55,953 bases of DNA from a virus (IMGVR_UViG_3300032307_000533:1-55953), one strand, 5' to 3'. Positions 7,813-16,899 are shown, counted from the first letter of the stretch. Notes: generated from the letters alone by a model not told the origin. Numbers and translations are program-made.

Positions 7813-8196
7813 GGGGATGACTGGAATTGATTGATAGATACGTTCTTTAATTTGATGCATGCAGTGTTAGTATCGGAAACACTTTAATAACCTATACACA
7901 GTTTTAAATGGCGAAAGCTATATTGATGCTGACGGCAACATCGTGTTGGACGGTCAGTCTGTTGAGTTTGCAGATCTAGAATTGGCCTAAGCGAAAGCTT
8001 GGCTGACAACAGTCACCCAAAACTGCAAAACGATGTGTCGCTATCGTATAAGCGAGCAGAAGATTAGTTCTCAGTAAACCGAACTGCTAAAATAAGGGAA
8101 TTGTGAAGTTTGCCAGGTTAGAAAACTTGGATAAGCATGTGAACGAGGGTTAATTAATGACTAGACAAGACAGGGGTTCGAATCCCCTCATCTCCA
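7813..8196 (+). ncRNA. ssrA: tmRNA (transfer-messenger RNA)
   Basis: GGGGATG/CATCTCC acceptor with G3-U70; 3' GACAGGGGTTCGAATCCCCT T arm; GCATG...GCATGT helix 2; internal ORF 7910-7990 encoding GESYIDADGNIVLDGQSVEFADLELA*, followed by a hairpin. Confidence 0.92.
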
Positions 8197-8238
8197 CAAA
8201 TGGCGGTATCAAACGGTATCGCCTTAATTTTTTAGTCT

Positions 8239-8646
8239 ATGGTAAAAGGTGTAATTGCGGGTAATTTTGATGTAATCCATCCAGGGTATATTAAGATGTT
8301 TGAGGAGTGTAAAGGAAACTGTGACACTTTCATGGTTTTTCTACATGACGACCCTTCATTGGAACGTCCAGAGAAATTAAAACCAATATTATCGGTGGAA
8401 GATCGATATGGTATGTTGTCAGCTATACGCTACATCGATACTATTAAGGTGTATCGCACAGAAAGTGACCTACATGAGCTACTGGTTAACGAGAACCCAG
8501 ATGTGAGATTTTTGGGGGATGATTATAAAGATAAATCATTTACTGGCGATGATCTGGATATTCGAATACACTATTTAGATAGATCACATGGTTGGTCAAC
8601 AACAAAGTACAAGAAAATGATTAGTGAATCACTTAAAATTGATTAA
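8239..8646 (+). CDS. Cytidylyltransferase family (TagD/glycerol-3-phosphate cytidylyltransferase-like)
   Basis: AGNFDVIHPGY (HxGH variant), KPI...DR, LGDDY, RSHGWSTT. Confidence 0.85.
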   Translation: MVKGVIAGNFDVIHPGYIKMFEECKGNCDTFMVFLHDDPSLERPEKLKPILSVEDRYGMLSAIRYIDTIKVYRTESDLHELLVNENPDVRFLGDDYKDKSFTGDDLDIRIHYLDRSHGWSTTKYKKMISESLKID

Positions 8647-9110
8647 TGGAGCAGATGGAATTAATAACAACCTATATTTGTAAGAAGGGTGATATCGGTG
8701 TACACGACAATATGTTTGGTGGTACACTAGTGAGTTTAATTGATGATGCGTCAGCGGCATACGCGGCCCAGATTTGCGATACACCAATGGTTGTCACAAT
8801 TAAGATTGATGAATTGATCTTTAAGAAAGCTGTAAAGGTTAACGCACTACTCAAAATCTATGGAAAGGTTATTGAGTTTGGTAACACATCAGTATCTTTA
8901 TATATTGAGGTTAGAAAACATAATGTGCGTACAGGTGACCAAGAAATCGTTACCCATACCAACATTAAATTCGTTAGGATTGACGAGGATGGCACACCAA
9001 TACCAATTAGCCCACATGTTAAAGAGAGATATAAAGAGCGTCTAACTAAATATGGTAGAGGTCTTGTGTCGAAAAAAACAATTGAAAAAGATAAAGAAAA
9101 ACTTGCTTAA
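8646..9110 (+). CDS. Acyl-CoA thioesterase (hotdog fold, YciA-like)
   Basis: NMFGG.LVSLIDDA, VVT..ID...F, GNTS, FVRIDEDG.P. Confidence 0.88.
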   Translation: MEQMELITTYICKKGDIGVHDNMFGGTLVSLIDDASAAYAAQICDTPMVVTIKIDELIFKKAVKVNALLKIYGKVIEFGNTSVSLYIEVRKHNVRTGDQEIVTHTNIKFVRIDEDGTPIPISPHVKERYKERLTKYGRGLVSKKTIEKDKEKLA

Positions 9111-9144
9111 TTAAATTTTTTTGTCTATATTTATAATATAATAC

Positions 9145-9232
9145 GGAGAGTTGGCAGAGCGGTCGAATGCGGCAGTCTTGAAAACTGTTTTAGTGAAAGC
9201 TAACGGGGGTTCGAATCCCTCACTCTCCGCCA
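9145..9232 (+). tRNA. tRNA-Ser(TGA)
   Basis: GGAGAGT/ACTCTCC; GCAGT-CTTGAAA-ACTGT; long variable arm; G73 plus CCA. Confidence 0.96.
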
Positions 9233-9234
9233 CA

Positions 9235-9317
9235 TTATAACTAGGGTCGAGCCAGATTTTGCCACGGTTATAAAATAGGTGAGGAAGGATCAGAGCTGGC
9301 CGTGACTACTCTTCACC
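9235..9317 (+). ncRNA. Unidentified two-hairpin RNA with complementary loops
   Basis: TTATAACT/GGTTATAA and GGTGAGGA/TCTTCACC 8-bp stems; GCCAG(9251-55)/CTGGC(9296-9300) loop-loop complementarity; fills the spacer between two tRNAs. Confidence 0.45.
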
Positions 9318-9323
9318 GAATTT

Positions 9324-9397
9324 GGTCCTATAGCTCATTCGGTTAGAGCAACTGACTCATAATCAGTAGGTGCTTGGTTCGATCCCAAGTGGGACCA
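9324..9397 (+). tRNA. tRNA with CAT anticodon (elongator Met or lysidine-modified Ile2)
   Basis: GGTCCTA/TGGGACC; ACTGA-CTCATAA-TCAGT; CCA not encoded. Confidence 0.92.
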
Positions 9398-9401
9398 CAT
9401 C

Positions 9402-9490
9402 GGAAGGTTGGCAGAGAGGCCGAATGCGGCAGTTTGCTAAACTGTTGATCTCTGAAAAGGGATCCACTGGTTCGAATCCAGTACCTTCCA
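9402..9490 (+). tRNA. tRNA-Ser(GCT)
   Basis: GGAAGGT/ACCTTCC; GCAGT-TTGCTAA-ACTGT; long variable arm; A discriminator; CCA not encoded. Confidence 0.92.
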
Positions 9491-9493
9491 CAA

Positions 9494-9965
9494 AAGGGGT
9501 TCTTTGACATAATACATTAAAAAATTTTTAAACTATGGAAACAATTTATTTCAGTTTAGGAATTGTTACGGCTTTGGTTGCGGTTTTACTCGTGATTGGG
9601 GTTGTGATGGTTGCTAGATTAACGAAAAAACAGTCAAACCAAGAAGATACAATAACTCATATCGAAAGATATAACCAAGAAGGTAGAAATGACCTTGTAC
9701 GTGATTTGGACGATATTCGAAGAGAGATTCATAAACAATTTGATGAAGTACATCGAATGATAGCCCAATTAAACGATGAAATTAGACGTGAGCTAGAAAA
9801 TGTTGATAGAGAAGCGCATCGACATATTGATGAATTAAACAAATATGTTGATTCACGTTTCGACAAAACGTTGGACAATGTCAGTAAGTTAATTGCTGAC
9901 CACAATAAACAAAACGAGAAAAACGGTCTTTTAACGGACTAAAATAAAATAACAAAGAACCCCTT
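9494..9965. repeat. 13-bp perfect inverted repeat bracketing one gene
   Basis: AAGGGGTTCTTTG (9494-9506) and CAAAGAACCCCTT (9953-9965). Confidence 0.8.
9535..9942 (+). CDS. Membrane-anchored coiled-coil protein
   Basis: N-terminal TM helix followed by heptad-like helical repeats. Confidence 0.75.
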   Translation: METIYFSLGIVTALVAVLLVIGVVMVARLTKKQSNQEDTITHIERYNQEGRNDLVRDLDDIRREIHKQFDEVHRMIAQLNDEIRRELENVDREAHRHIDELNKYVDSRFDKTLDNVSKLIADHNKQNEKNGLLTD

Positions 9966-10002
9966 ATTTTTACTTTAATGTATTAATCAAACTATTTATA
10001 GT

Positions 10003-10332
10003 ATGAGTATGAACACAACACAGCGTAGGGTGCATATTGAACTTAATAGACAGTTCTTGAGTTGGTGCAGTAAAAATAACCTGTCCCTTAAGGAAAATGC
10101 TGAGGTATTTTTCGTTAACGAAAGATTATTGATGAAGCCCGAATACATCATAAATGATAAGATTTTTGTTGATATCTTAAAAACTGGTGAGTTTAAAGAA
10201 GAAAATTTAGAATTTTATCAGATCTTCGCGGAAAGTTTTGGTACGTTGATCTTAATCAGAGAAGAACATATTTGGTCATTGGATGATATAAGTAAACAAG
10301 ATCTTGAGGAAAGGTATAACTTTTCTTTTTAA
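10003..10332 (+). CDS. Hypothetical protein
   Basis: 109-aa ORF in a co-directional run. Confidence 0.65.
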   Translation: MSMNTTQRRVHIELNRQFLSWCSKNNLSLKENAEVFFVNERLLMKPEYIINDKIFVDILKTGEFKEENLEFYQIFAESFGTLILIREEHIWSLDDISKQDLEERYNFSF

Positions 10333-10338
10333 AACAAA

Positions 10339-10740
10339 ATGGGTCAAATATACGCCACCTTCATAAAGGTGGACGACAAAGTGATAAAATATTTGGGTAT
10401 ACAAAAGACTGAGCACGCAACAATGCTTATGAGTTTTTATAATTTACACATACTCATCGCCTTAACAAAAACACAAAACCATTTAATGTCTTCATTCGAT
10501 AACTCGTTTTTTAATGAGTTATCCCCGTTTAAAAACAAATTATCTTTTGTTTTCCAATACAATACTGAAGAACTCGCCCCTATCTATGTTTTATATAGCT
10601 GTGATAGTAACAAAACAGGTATCGCCACTAAGAAAAAGATAATGAAGTTATTTGCTGGGGCTGGTGTTAACATTAAAGAAGTTATTAAAAAAGGTAAAAA
10701 GGAAAAAGAAACCCCAACAAAATTTATTTTTGATTATTAA
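10339..10740 (+). CDS. Hypothetical protein
   Basis: 133-aa ORF with A-rich leader. Confidence 0.65.
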   Translation: MGQIYATFIKVDDKVIKYLGIQKTEHATMLMSFYNLHILIALTKTQNHLMSSFDNSFFNELSPFKNKLSFVFQYNTEELAPIYVLYSCDSNKTGIATKKKIMKLFAGAGVNIKEVIKKGKKEKETPTKFIFDY

Positions 10741-10767
10741 ATATTTTTTTATTATCTTTGTACCGCA

Positions 10768-11307
10768 GTGGTGAATAAAGATGAAATATTTGAGAGTGTT
10801 ATGGATGAATTTGTTTTATTCAACCAAAAATATCTCTATAAACGTAGCATAGAATATCTTAGCGCCACGGAAAACTCTAAAACAACAATCAGGCAAATCA
10901 GACTAATTTTAAATTTAAGTCAAATCGGTATGTTGTATAATCTACAACCAACGATGTTTGCAAAGGGTAGGTTTGATGACGATTTATTAAAATTTTTATC
11001 CAGATATAGGAATAGGATATCCTTCACACTTTTAGATAAATCGGTTCATAAAACATTTAATAAAAAAAGTGGACCATATCATCTAATTCGTATAACAATA
11101 ACAAATGTCCCAGAAGAGGATCGTAACTTGATTGGTGATTTTTTGGCTAATAATCTAGGTAAATACACCTATTTTTCCAGGCAAACCGTTTCATACCCAG
11201 TCGACATCGATGATGAGAGAATCATCGATTTAAAACAACTGAGTGATCAGGATTTTATAGAAAATAGACGTAAGTATAAAGATTTAACCCTAATTTTTGA
11301 TAATTAA
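10768..11307 (+). CDS. Hypothetical protein
   Basis: 179-aa ORF just after a TATCTTTG promoter. Confidence 0.65.
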   Translation: MVNKDEIFESVMDEFVLFNQKYLYKRSIEYLSATENSKTTIRQIRLILNLSQIGMLYNLQPTMFAKGRFDDDLLKFLSRYRNRISFTLLDKSVHKTFNKKSGPYHLIRITITNVPEEDRNLIGDFLANNLGKYTYFSRQTVSYPVDIDDERIIDLKQLSDQDFIENRRKYKDLTLIFDN

Positions 11308-11331
11308 AAATTAATTTATTACTTTTGTATT

Positions 11332-11736
11332 ATGAATATATATTTTAACACGCTATCGGCTGGTGATAAACTTAAAGCCGTATATCTTTTAAGTGATATT
11401 GGTAGTTTTTACGCTGAACCAGTTAATGACGGGGTGATTGGTGAGGGTTTATTGTATAATGATTATATGTTCCATTTCGAGGGGAACCCAGAAAGAACTG
11501 TTATCATTTTAAAGGATTCGGAGAAATACATCACAGACGCAATCAAGGGTTGGTTAGGAAACCATAAAGACCCGTCTTTCGTTACAAACAATAATAATAG
11601 TTTTAGTGCTTTGGTTGGTATTTCTGGGATAAATCTAGAAGATTACCATACGGTTGTTGTCGGTAAAGACGAACAGGATTTACCTGTAATACAAAAAACG
11701 AAAAAACTAATGGAAGTATATAAAAAAGAGGTGTAA
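11332..11736 (+). CDS. Hypothetical protein
   Basis: 134-aa ORF after a TACTTTTG promoter. Confidence 0.65.
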   Translation: MNIYFNTLSAGDKLKAVYLLSDIGSFYAEPVNDGVIGEGLLYNDYMFHFEGNPERTVIILKDSEKYITDAIKGWLGNHKDPSFVTNNNNSFSALVGISGINLEDYHTVVVGKDEQDLPVIQKTKKLMEVYKKEV

Positions 11737-11775
11737 ATTATTTACTCTTTACAATATTTTGATATAATTATAGAT

Positions 11776-12087
11776 ATGATACAGATAGAAAACAAAGAAC
11801 ATTTAGAGCAAATTCTTAGTGAGAATAGTGCGGTGGTATTGGACTTTTACGCAGAATGGTGTGGTCCATGTAAACAATTATTACCTATTGTTGAAAAGGT
11901 GAGTCAAGAACAAACAGACGTTGTTTATTGTAAGATTAACGTTGATTCTAATGGCCCTTTGGCAGCGGAGTACGGTGTCAGATCAATACCCGCTTTGAAA
12001 TACATTAAGAATAAGGAAGTTATTAAAACCACATTGGGTTCACGTCCGATGATGGAGATCGTTGAAAACTCAAAGGAACTTCTATAA
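11776..12087 (+). CDS. trxA: Thioredoxin
   Basis: DFYAEWCGPCK active site, VRSIP; 103 aa. Confidence 0.96.
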   Translation: MIQIENKEHLEQILSENSAVVLDFYAEWCGPCKQLLPIVEKVSQEQTDVVYCKINVDSNGPLAAEYGVRSIPALKYIKNKEVIKTTLGSRPMMEIVENSKELL

Positions 12088-12093
12088 TAATTT

Positions 12094-12672
12094 ATGCGAT
12101 CAATAGGAAAACGATACGGCGGTAATAATGAATATAACGAGACAAATTCGAGAAATTTGGTCCTCAGTTCAAGTATTACCGATACAGCCGTTCGTGAGAT
12201 AATTGAATCGATATTAGATATTAACTCGGCTGATGATGAACTCTCGGCCGAGTTGACCGATTATAAAAGAGAACCAATTAAATTGGTTATTAACAGTTTT
12301 GGTGGCTCTGTATATGATGGATTCGCGTTAATCGCGGCGATCGAGCAATCTAAAACACCTATACATGGTTACGCCTATGGTTCAGCCATGTCAATGGCAT
12401 TCGCTATTTACATCTCAACACACGTTAGATTTGCACACAAGACAACGACATTTATGTATCATGAAATATCAGATTATTTCTATGATAACATAACTGGTGC
12501 CAAGCAAAACATTAAAGAGTGTGAGCGAATACAAAAAGTTTATGACAATTATGTGACATCCAGAACTTTGTTACCCACTGAAAAAATGAGGGTAATGAAA
12601 GATAAGAAAGAAGATTGGTATATCTCAGCACAAGAAGCCCTTAAATATAAGGTTATTCACAAAATACTTTAG
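12094..12672 (+). CDS. clpP: ClpP-family serine peptidase (copy 1)
   Basis: INSFGGSV, AMSMA (Ser), FMYHE (His), DWYISAQEALKYKVI. Confidence 0.85.
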   Translation: MRSIGKRYGGNNEYNETNSRNLVLSSSITDTAVREIIESILDINSADDELSAELTDYKREPIKLVINSFGGSVYDGFALIAAIEQSKTPIHGYAYGSAMSMAFAIYISTHVRFAHKTTTFMYHEISDYFYDNITGAKQNIKECERIQKVYDNYVTSRTLLPTEKMRVMKDKKEDWYISAQEALKYKVIHKIL

Positions 12673-13997
12673 CAATAAAAAATGTTATCCACTATACCGT
12701 TACCAGGGTCAACGGTGAACGAGAAGTTATTGTCCATTGAGTAATACCACATACCTGGCACCGCATTAAATGGAGTTGAGCCAGTTGAATCTTCGTATAA
12801 TTTATCACCCATACCTGTAAATGACTCAGCAAAGACACTTCCTCGTCTACCACCAGGGCCAATTTGACAAGCTTCATTAGGTTCAGCGAAAGGTCCAGTG
12901 ATTCCGTATTCGTTGTAAGTTACACCACCACCATATGTCGCATAACCACTCCAGTTACCAGCACCATCCCAATAAGCGTATGAGTTCTCAGCCGAAGTAC
13001 CGTACCAACCAGCTGGTGCGTAACTAGCGGCTCCAGTTTCCTCTACACCTAACGCTGACTCAGCCTCAGTACCACCAGGTGCCCAAAGAGGTGTTATAAA
13101 GAAGGTGGCTGGGGTACCAGGGTCGTAAGTGCACCAAACCTCAGTTTCAAAAACCGCGTTAGCTGGGAATGCAATACCTGGGTCAGAACCTTGATAATAT
13201 TTTACTGGACCAAGCCCAGTGCTATTAATTCTAATTCTTGGGTTATAACCTATTTGATCTAAACTACAAAACGTTGCGTGTCTCCACTCACTAGTTAATT
13301 TACTTGTAGCTGGTAACACATTTGGGTATGTCCCAGTATTATAAGGTGCTGCATCTAACAAATGATTAAACCCTAACCCACTACCGTTAGCTGCGATAGA
13401 ATAAAAACACCACGTACCAGTATAACCAGCTAATGTTAAAAAACCGTGGAAATGAAAGGTTTTATTGGTGTTACCAGCCAGTGTAAAGATACTCGGGTTA
13501 TGACCAGCAACTGTTGTTATATTCGCACCTAAATTACCTAAATACAAAGATGCGCTGGTGCTAAATGATGCCGATGGCGCGGTAAATGTTGTGCTTGAAG
13601 ATCCAGTACCAGTATATTGGTTACCATATTTTCTACCGAATGCGTCTATTGTAGTCACAAAGTAATCAACGTATGTCCAACTACTATTAGCGCTTTTTCT
13701 TTTACACCACGGACCACGAAAAACATTTAATGTATAATCATAGATTTGAAACGCCACATATGTATCATTTGTTGCGTTAGGGTTACCACCAACAAGTGGT
13801 TGGAAAACGGATAATATTCTTAATTTTGGTGGTCTATTAAGGCCTTTATAAAAGGTTGGCCCTGTGTATTCATAACCAACTGTGAAAGTTACGTTAGATT
13901 GTGTTGCACCGTACCTGTCACTAGCGGCGTATACAACTTTTGCTGTAAAACTACTTAAAGAGTTAATATTATTGATTTTTCTACCTAGATTTGCCAT
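12669..13997 (-). CDS. Putative virion structural/fibre protein
   Basis: 442 aa rich in G/T/S/Y/W; YAPAGWY and LYEDSTGSTPF..GMWYY modules; operon behind a TATTTATA motif. Confidence 0.55.
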   Translation of the reverse strand: MANLGRKINNINSLSSFTAKVVYAASDRYGATQSNVTFTVGYEYTGPTFYKGLNRPPKLRILSVFQPLVGGNPNATNDTYVAFQIYDYTLNVFRGPWCKRKSANSSWTYVDYFVTTIDAFGRKYGNQYTGTGSSSTTFTAPSASFSTSASLYLGNLGANITTVAGHNPSIFTLAGNTNKTFHFHGFLTLAGYTGTWCFYSIAANGSGLGFNHLLDAAPYNTGTYPNVLPATSKLTSEWRHATFCSLDQIGYNPRIRINSTGLGPVKYYQGSDPGIAFPANAVFETEVWCTYDPGTPATFFITPLWAPGGTEAESALGVEETGAASYAPAGWYGTSAENSYAYWDGAGNWSGYATYGGGVTYNEYGITGPFAEPNEACQIGPGGRRGSVFAESFTGMGDKLYEDSTGSTPFNAVPGMWYYSMDNNFSFTVDPGNGIVDNIFYC

Positions 13998-14011
13998 TAT
14001 TCATATATTTT

Positions 14012-14587
14012 TTATTGGAAACGAATTTCAACATCACCCCCAGTACCATATCCATTTGCGTAACCTAAACCACCATTATCGTAAACATATATACCATCAG
14101 AAAGTATCGTATCTATGTAACTACCATCAAAATAAACATCGAATGAGCCACCAGTCATACCAGAAACGCTCACCACAAATTGTAGAGTTTCCCAATGAGC
14201 ACCCTCTTCTTGAAAAGTTCCGTTAGGTAAAGAACCAGTCCCACTATCGAGTGTTATTGGGTTAGGCGCGGTACCGTTTGACCCGTTCATTGGATTAATC
14301 TCAACCCTTATATTGGCAACGTTATTAACATTTATTGCTGTGACAACATAATCAACCCAACCCAATAAATCGGTGAATAAACTTAATCTATGAGGTGAGC
14401 CAGTACCTGGGTTACCGTAACAATACGCGAAACCGTATGGCGGTGAACCAGGGTTAAAATCCTCTGTTGCGTATCTTTGTAACGATTGGTTTGAGGTATT
14501 CGAAGTCCAGCCCTGAACAATCGATTTATCCAGATCGCTCATTTTAATTATTGTCGCCGATGTAATAGGTGTTCTTGTCGATGCCAT
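14012..14587 (-). CDS. Putative virion structural protein
   Basis: 191 aa beta-rich; TATTTATA on - at 14606-14613. Confidence 0.55.
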   Translation of the reverse strand: MASTRTPITSATIIKMSDLDKSIVQGWTSNTSNQSLQRYATEDFNPGSPPYGFAYCYGNPGTGSPHRLSLFTDLLGWVDYVVTAINVNNVANIRVEINPMNGSNGTAPNPITLDSGTGSLPNGTFQEEGAHWETLQFVVSVSGMTGGSFDVYFDGSYIDTILSDGIYVYDNGGLGYANGYGTGGDVEIRFQ

Positions 14588-14667
14588 TTTATTAACTTAT
14601 TTTACTATAAATACAATTAAAATGTAAAATATTTGGTGGTTAACAAAGTTTATATTATATTTGCAAC

Positions 14668-14793
14668 ATGAAAACATATAAAAAGCTTACAGAAGTCAAA
14701 ATTACAACAGTTAACCAAGCTAAAATGCTTGAAAACTATGCTAAGAGTATTAAAAAAGCTGCTAAAGTAAATAAGAAAAAGATTAAGTCTTAA
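14668..14793 (+). CDS. Small Lys-rich protein (41 aa)
   Basis: MKTYKKLTEVKITTVNQAKMLENYAKSIKKAAKVNKKKIKS; begins 4 nt after a TATATTTG promoter with TTTG at 14632. Confidence 0.55.
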   Translation: MKTYKKLTEVKITTVNQAKMLENYAKSIKKAAKVNKKKIKS

Positions 14794-15389
14794 AGCTTAA
14801 TCATATAGTCTGGGTATTTTTTACCTTTAACTGGTGCAACATTCGGAAAATAGTATTTTTCTAAAACTTTTCCGTTAACCATTATGGTTTTTGTGAAACC
14901 ATCTGGTACTGTAGCACCCGTTGGTAATTTTATTGATTTAACTGAGAAGACTAGGTCAATACTAACTATAACAACGGCACCGCTTTTTGCTAACTCTCTT
15001 TCATGCAATTCAAGAAATCTCCAAACACCACGGTTTAGGTTTTCTTGTTGTAACGCACAGTTTAGATAACTAAACGTTTTAAATAACATTTGTTTATCGC
15101 AGTTAAAATCAGCGGCTGGTGCTAAATGACCCTTGTCGTATTGGTTATTAGCGTAATCGAAATCATCAGATGTTTTAATACTGTCATTGATATAAAAATC
15201 CATACCTTCTCTTGAAGCTGTACCGCTTGGGCATAAAACTTTATATGTTATCGATAATGGCTGTTCGTAAACTTCAGAGTATACACCACTAAAGATATCA
15301 TTTTTAAATTTAACTTGGGCTCTTTGCGCAGCAACCTGTTGCGCAAAAGATAATAACGTGATTATTATAATCAATAATTGTTTTTTCAT
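14790..15389 (-). CDS. Secreted DNA/RNA non-specific endonuclease (NucA/EndA, beta-beta-alpha-Me)
   Basis: Signal peptide; YDKGHLAPAAD, TFSYLN..LQ..LNRGVW..LE..ER, VPDGF.K. Confidence 0.92.
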   Translation of the reverse strand: MKKQLLIIIITLLSFAQQVAAQRAQVKFKNDIFSGVYSEVYEQPLSITYKVLCPSGTASREGMDFYINDSIKTSDDFDYANNQYDKGHLAPAADFNCDKQMLFKTFSYLNCALQQENLNRGVWRFLELHERELAKSGAVVIVSIDLVFSVKSIKLPTGATVPDGFTKTIMVNGKVLEKYYFPNVAPVKGKKYPDYMIKL

Positions 15390-15435
15390 AGTAATTTCTT
15401 ATATTTAAGATAAATATATTAAACATTAGGAAAGA

Positions 15436-16305
15436 ATGAGATTATCAGACAATATTGGAAACACACCGCTTATTAAAATAAGTGATAAAATATATGCGAA
15501 GGCTGAGTTATTAAACCCAACTGGGTCAATAAAAGACAGGATGGCTAGCAATATAATCAATAACGCGTTCAATATGGGCTATATTTCAGTTGGCGACACA
15601 ATTGTTGAGGCGACATCTGGTAACGCTGGTATATCCTTTGCTTGGCTTGCCGCTGAGAGAGGTCTTAAGTGTGTTATTGTTATGCCAAGTAACATGTCAG
15701 ATGAAAGAAAGAAGATGTTGAGATTCTATGGCGCGGAGTTAATTGAAGTTGATCCAGGTGATTTTGATGGGGCGATTAGATTAAGAAACGAATTATCAAT
15801 AGAGAATGGTTGGTTCAACACCAATCAGTTTAATAATGAACTAAACACTCAAGCACATTTCAACGGAACAGCTGTTGAAATCATAAAGGATGTAAAGGGT
15901 GAAACAATATCCGCTTTAATAAGTGGAACAGGTACTGGTGGCACTCTTATGGGTTGCCAGAAGAGATTAAAGGGTATCTACGATAAGATGGAAGTTATAG
16001 CCGTTGAACCAGCTGAATCAGCTGTTATGAGCGGTGGGCAACCAGGGTTACATGGTATACAAGGTATTGGTGACGGGTCAAAATTCCTGGTTGATCTTAC
16101 AGTTGTTGATCAAATCATCACAATAAAAACAGATGAAGCTAAAGCTAGAGCCTTAGATTTATCAAAGGAATTAGGTATCTTTATTGGTATATCCGCTGGG
16201 GCTAACATACTAGCAGCTGAAAGATATGTTGAATCAGCTAAACCAGATGGTATTGTGGTGACGTTCTTATGTGACCGAGGTGAAAGATACTTATCTTGTT
16301 TTTAA
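15436..16305 (+). CDS. cysK: Cysteine synthase (O-acetylserine sulfhydrylase)
   Basis: IGNTPL, NPTGSIKDR (PLP Lys), EATSGN, GTGTGGT, HGIQGIG, CDRGERYLS. Confidence 0.93.
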   Translation: MRLSDNIGNTPLIKISDKIYAKAELLNPTGSIKDRMASNIINNAFNMGYISVGDTIVEATSGNAGISFAWLAAERGLKCVIVMPSNMSDERKKMLRFYGAELIEVDPGDFDGAIRLRNELSIENGWFNTNQFNNELNTQAHFNGTAVEIIKDVKGETISALISGTGTGGTLMGCQKRLKGIYDKMEVIAVEPAESAVMSGGQPGLHGIQGIGDGSKFLVDLTVVDQIITIKTDEAKARALDLSKELGIFIGISAGANILAAERYVESAKPDGIVVTFLCDRGERYLSCF

Positions 16306-16349
16306 AAATTTTGTTTTTTTGAAAAATTAGTATTATATTTGTGGGAGAT

Positions 16350-16883
16350 ATGGATGAAAATAATAAAATATGGTCTGGTTTAGAGGCCGAAACTTACACA
16401 GCTAAGTTTCATTTTGTTCTCTTAGAACGAGACTATGATGTCATATACATAGATGAGACCACTTGTAAATTAATTGGGCGAAATGGTGATGAGATCGATA
16501 TTTTATTAGAGTTTAGTGCTATTCAAAGACTTAGCTACGAACTAATCGGTGATTTAAATAGTATTTACGAGAACCCAGATAAAATTACTGATCATATTGA
16601 TAATTTTATTAAATATGATGAAAGCTGGACTGAACCAGTGGATAAAACTGGTTGGGAGAGGTTTGATTTTATTGATGAAACTGGTAGACAATTTCATTTC
16701 ATGCATAAGAATCATAAGTGGATTAAGAAAAATGGTTGTACCTACCCTAATTATAACATGCCAAAAGACGTGTCGGAATTATACCCACTGGTAGACCCAA
16801 TCGATTCATTGAAAACGTTGATGAGAAAATTCAACGTAGACTTTCAACAAAAAAACTATGTCATACTTAAAACAAAAATTTAA
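16350..16883 (+). CDS. Hypothetical protein
   Basis: ORF; ATG 16350 preferred because GTG 16341 overlaps the -7 promoter element. Confidence 0.65.
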   Translation: MDENNKIWSGLEAETYTAKFHFVLLERDYDVIYIDETTCKLIGRNGDEIDILLEFSAIQRLSYELIGDLNSIYENPDKITDHIDNFIKYDESWTEPVDKTGWERFDFIDETGRQFHFMHKNHKWIKKNGCTYPNYNMPKDVSELYPLVDPIDSLKTLMRKFNVDFQQKNYVILKTKI

Positions 16884-16899
16884 AGATATTAGTTGCGAT

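Noticed and set aside
9235-9317. Pistol or HDV-like (theta) ribozyme next to a tRNA
   Set aside because: AAATAG follows the first stem, but the remaining pistol elements and the nested HDV double pseudoknot could not be built by eye; kept only as an unknown RNA.
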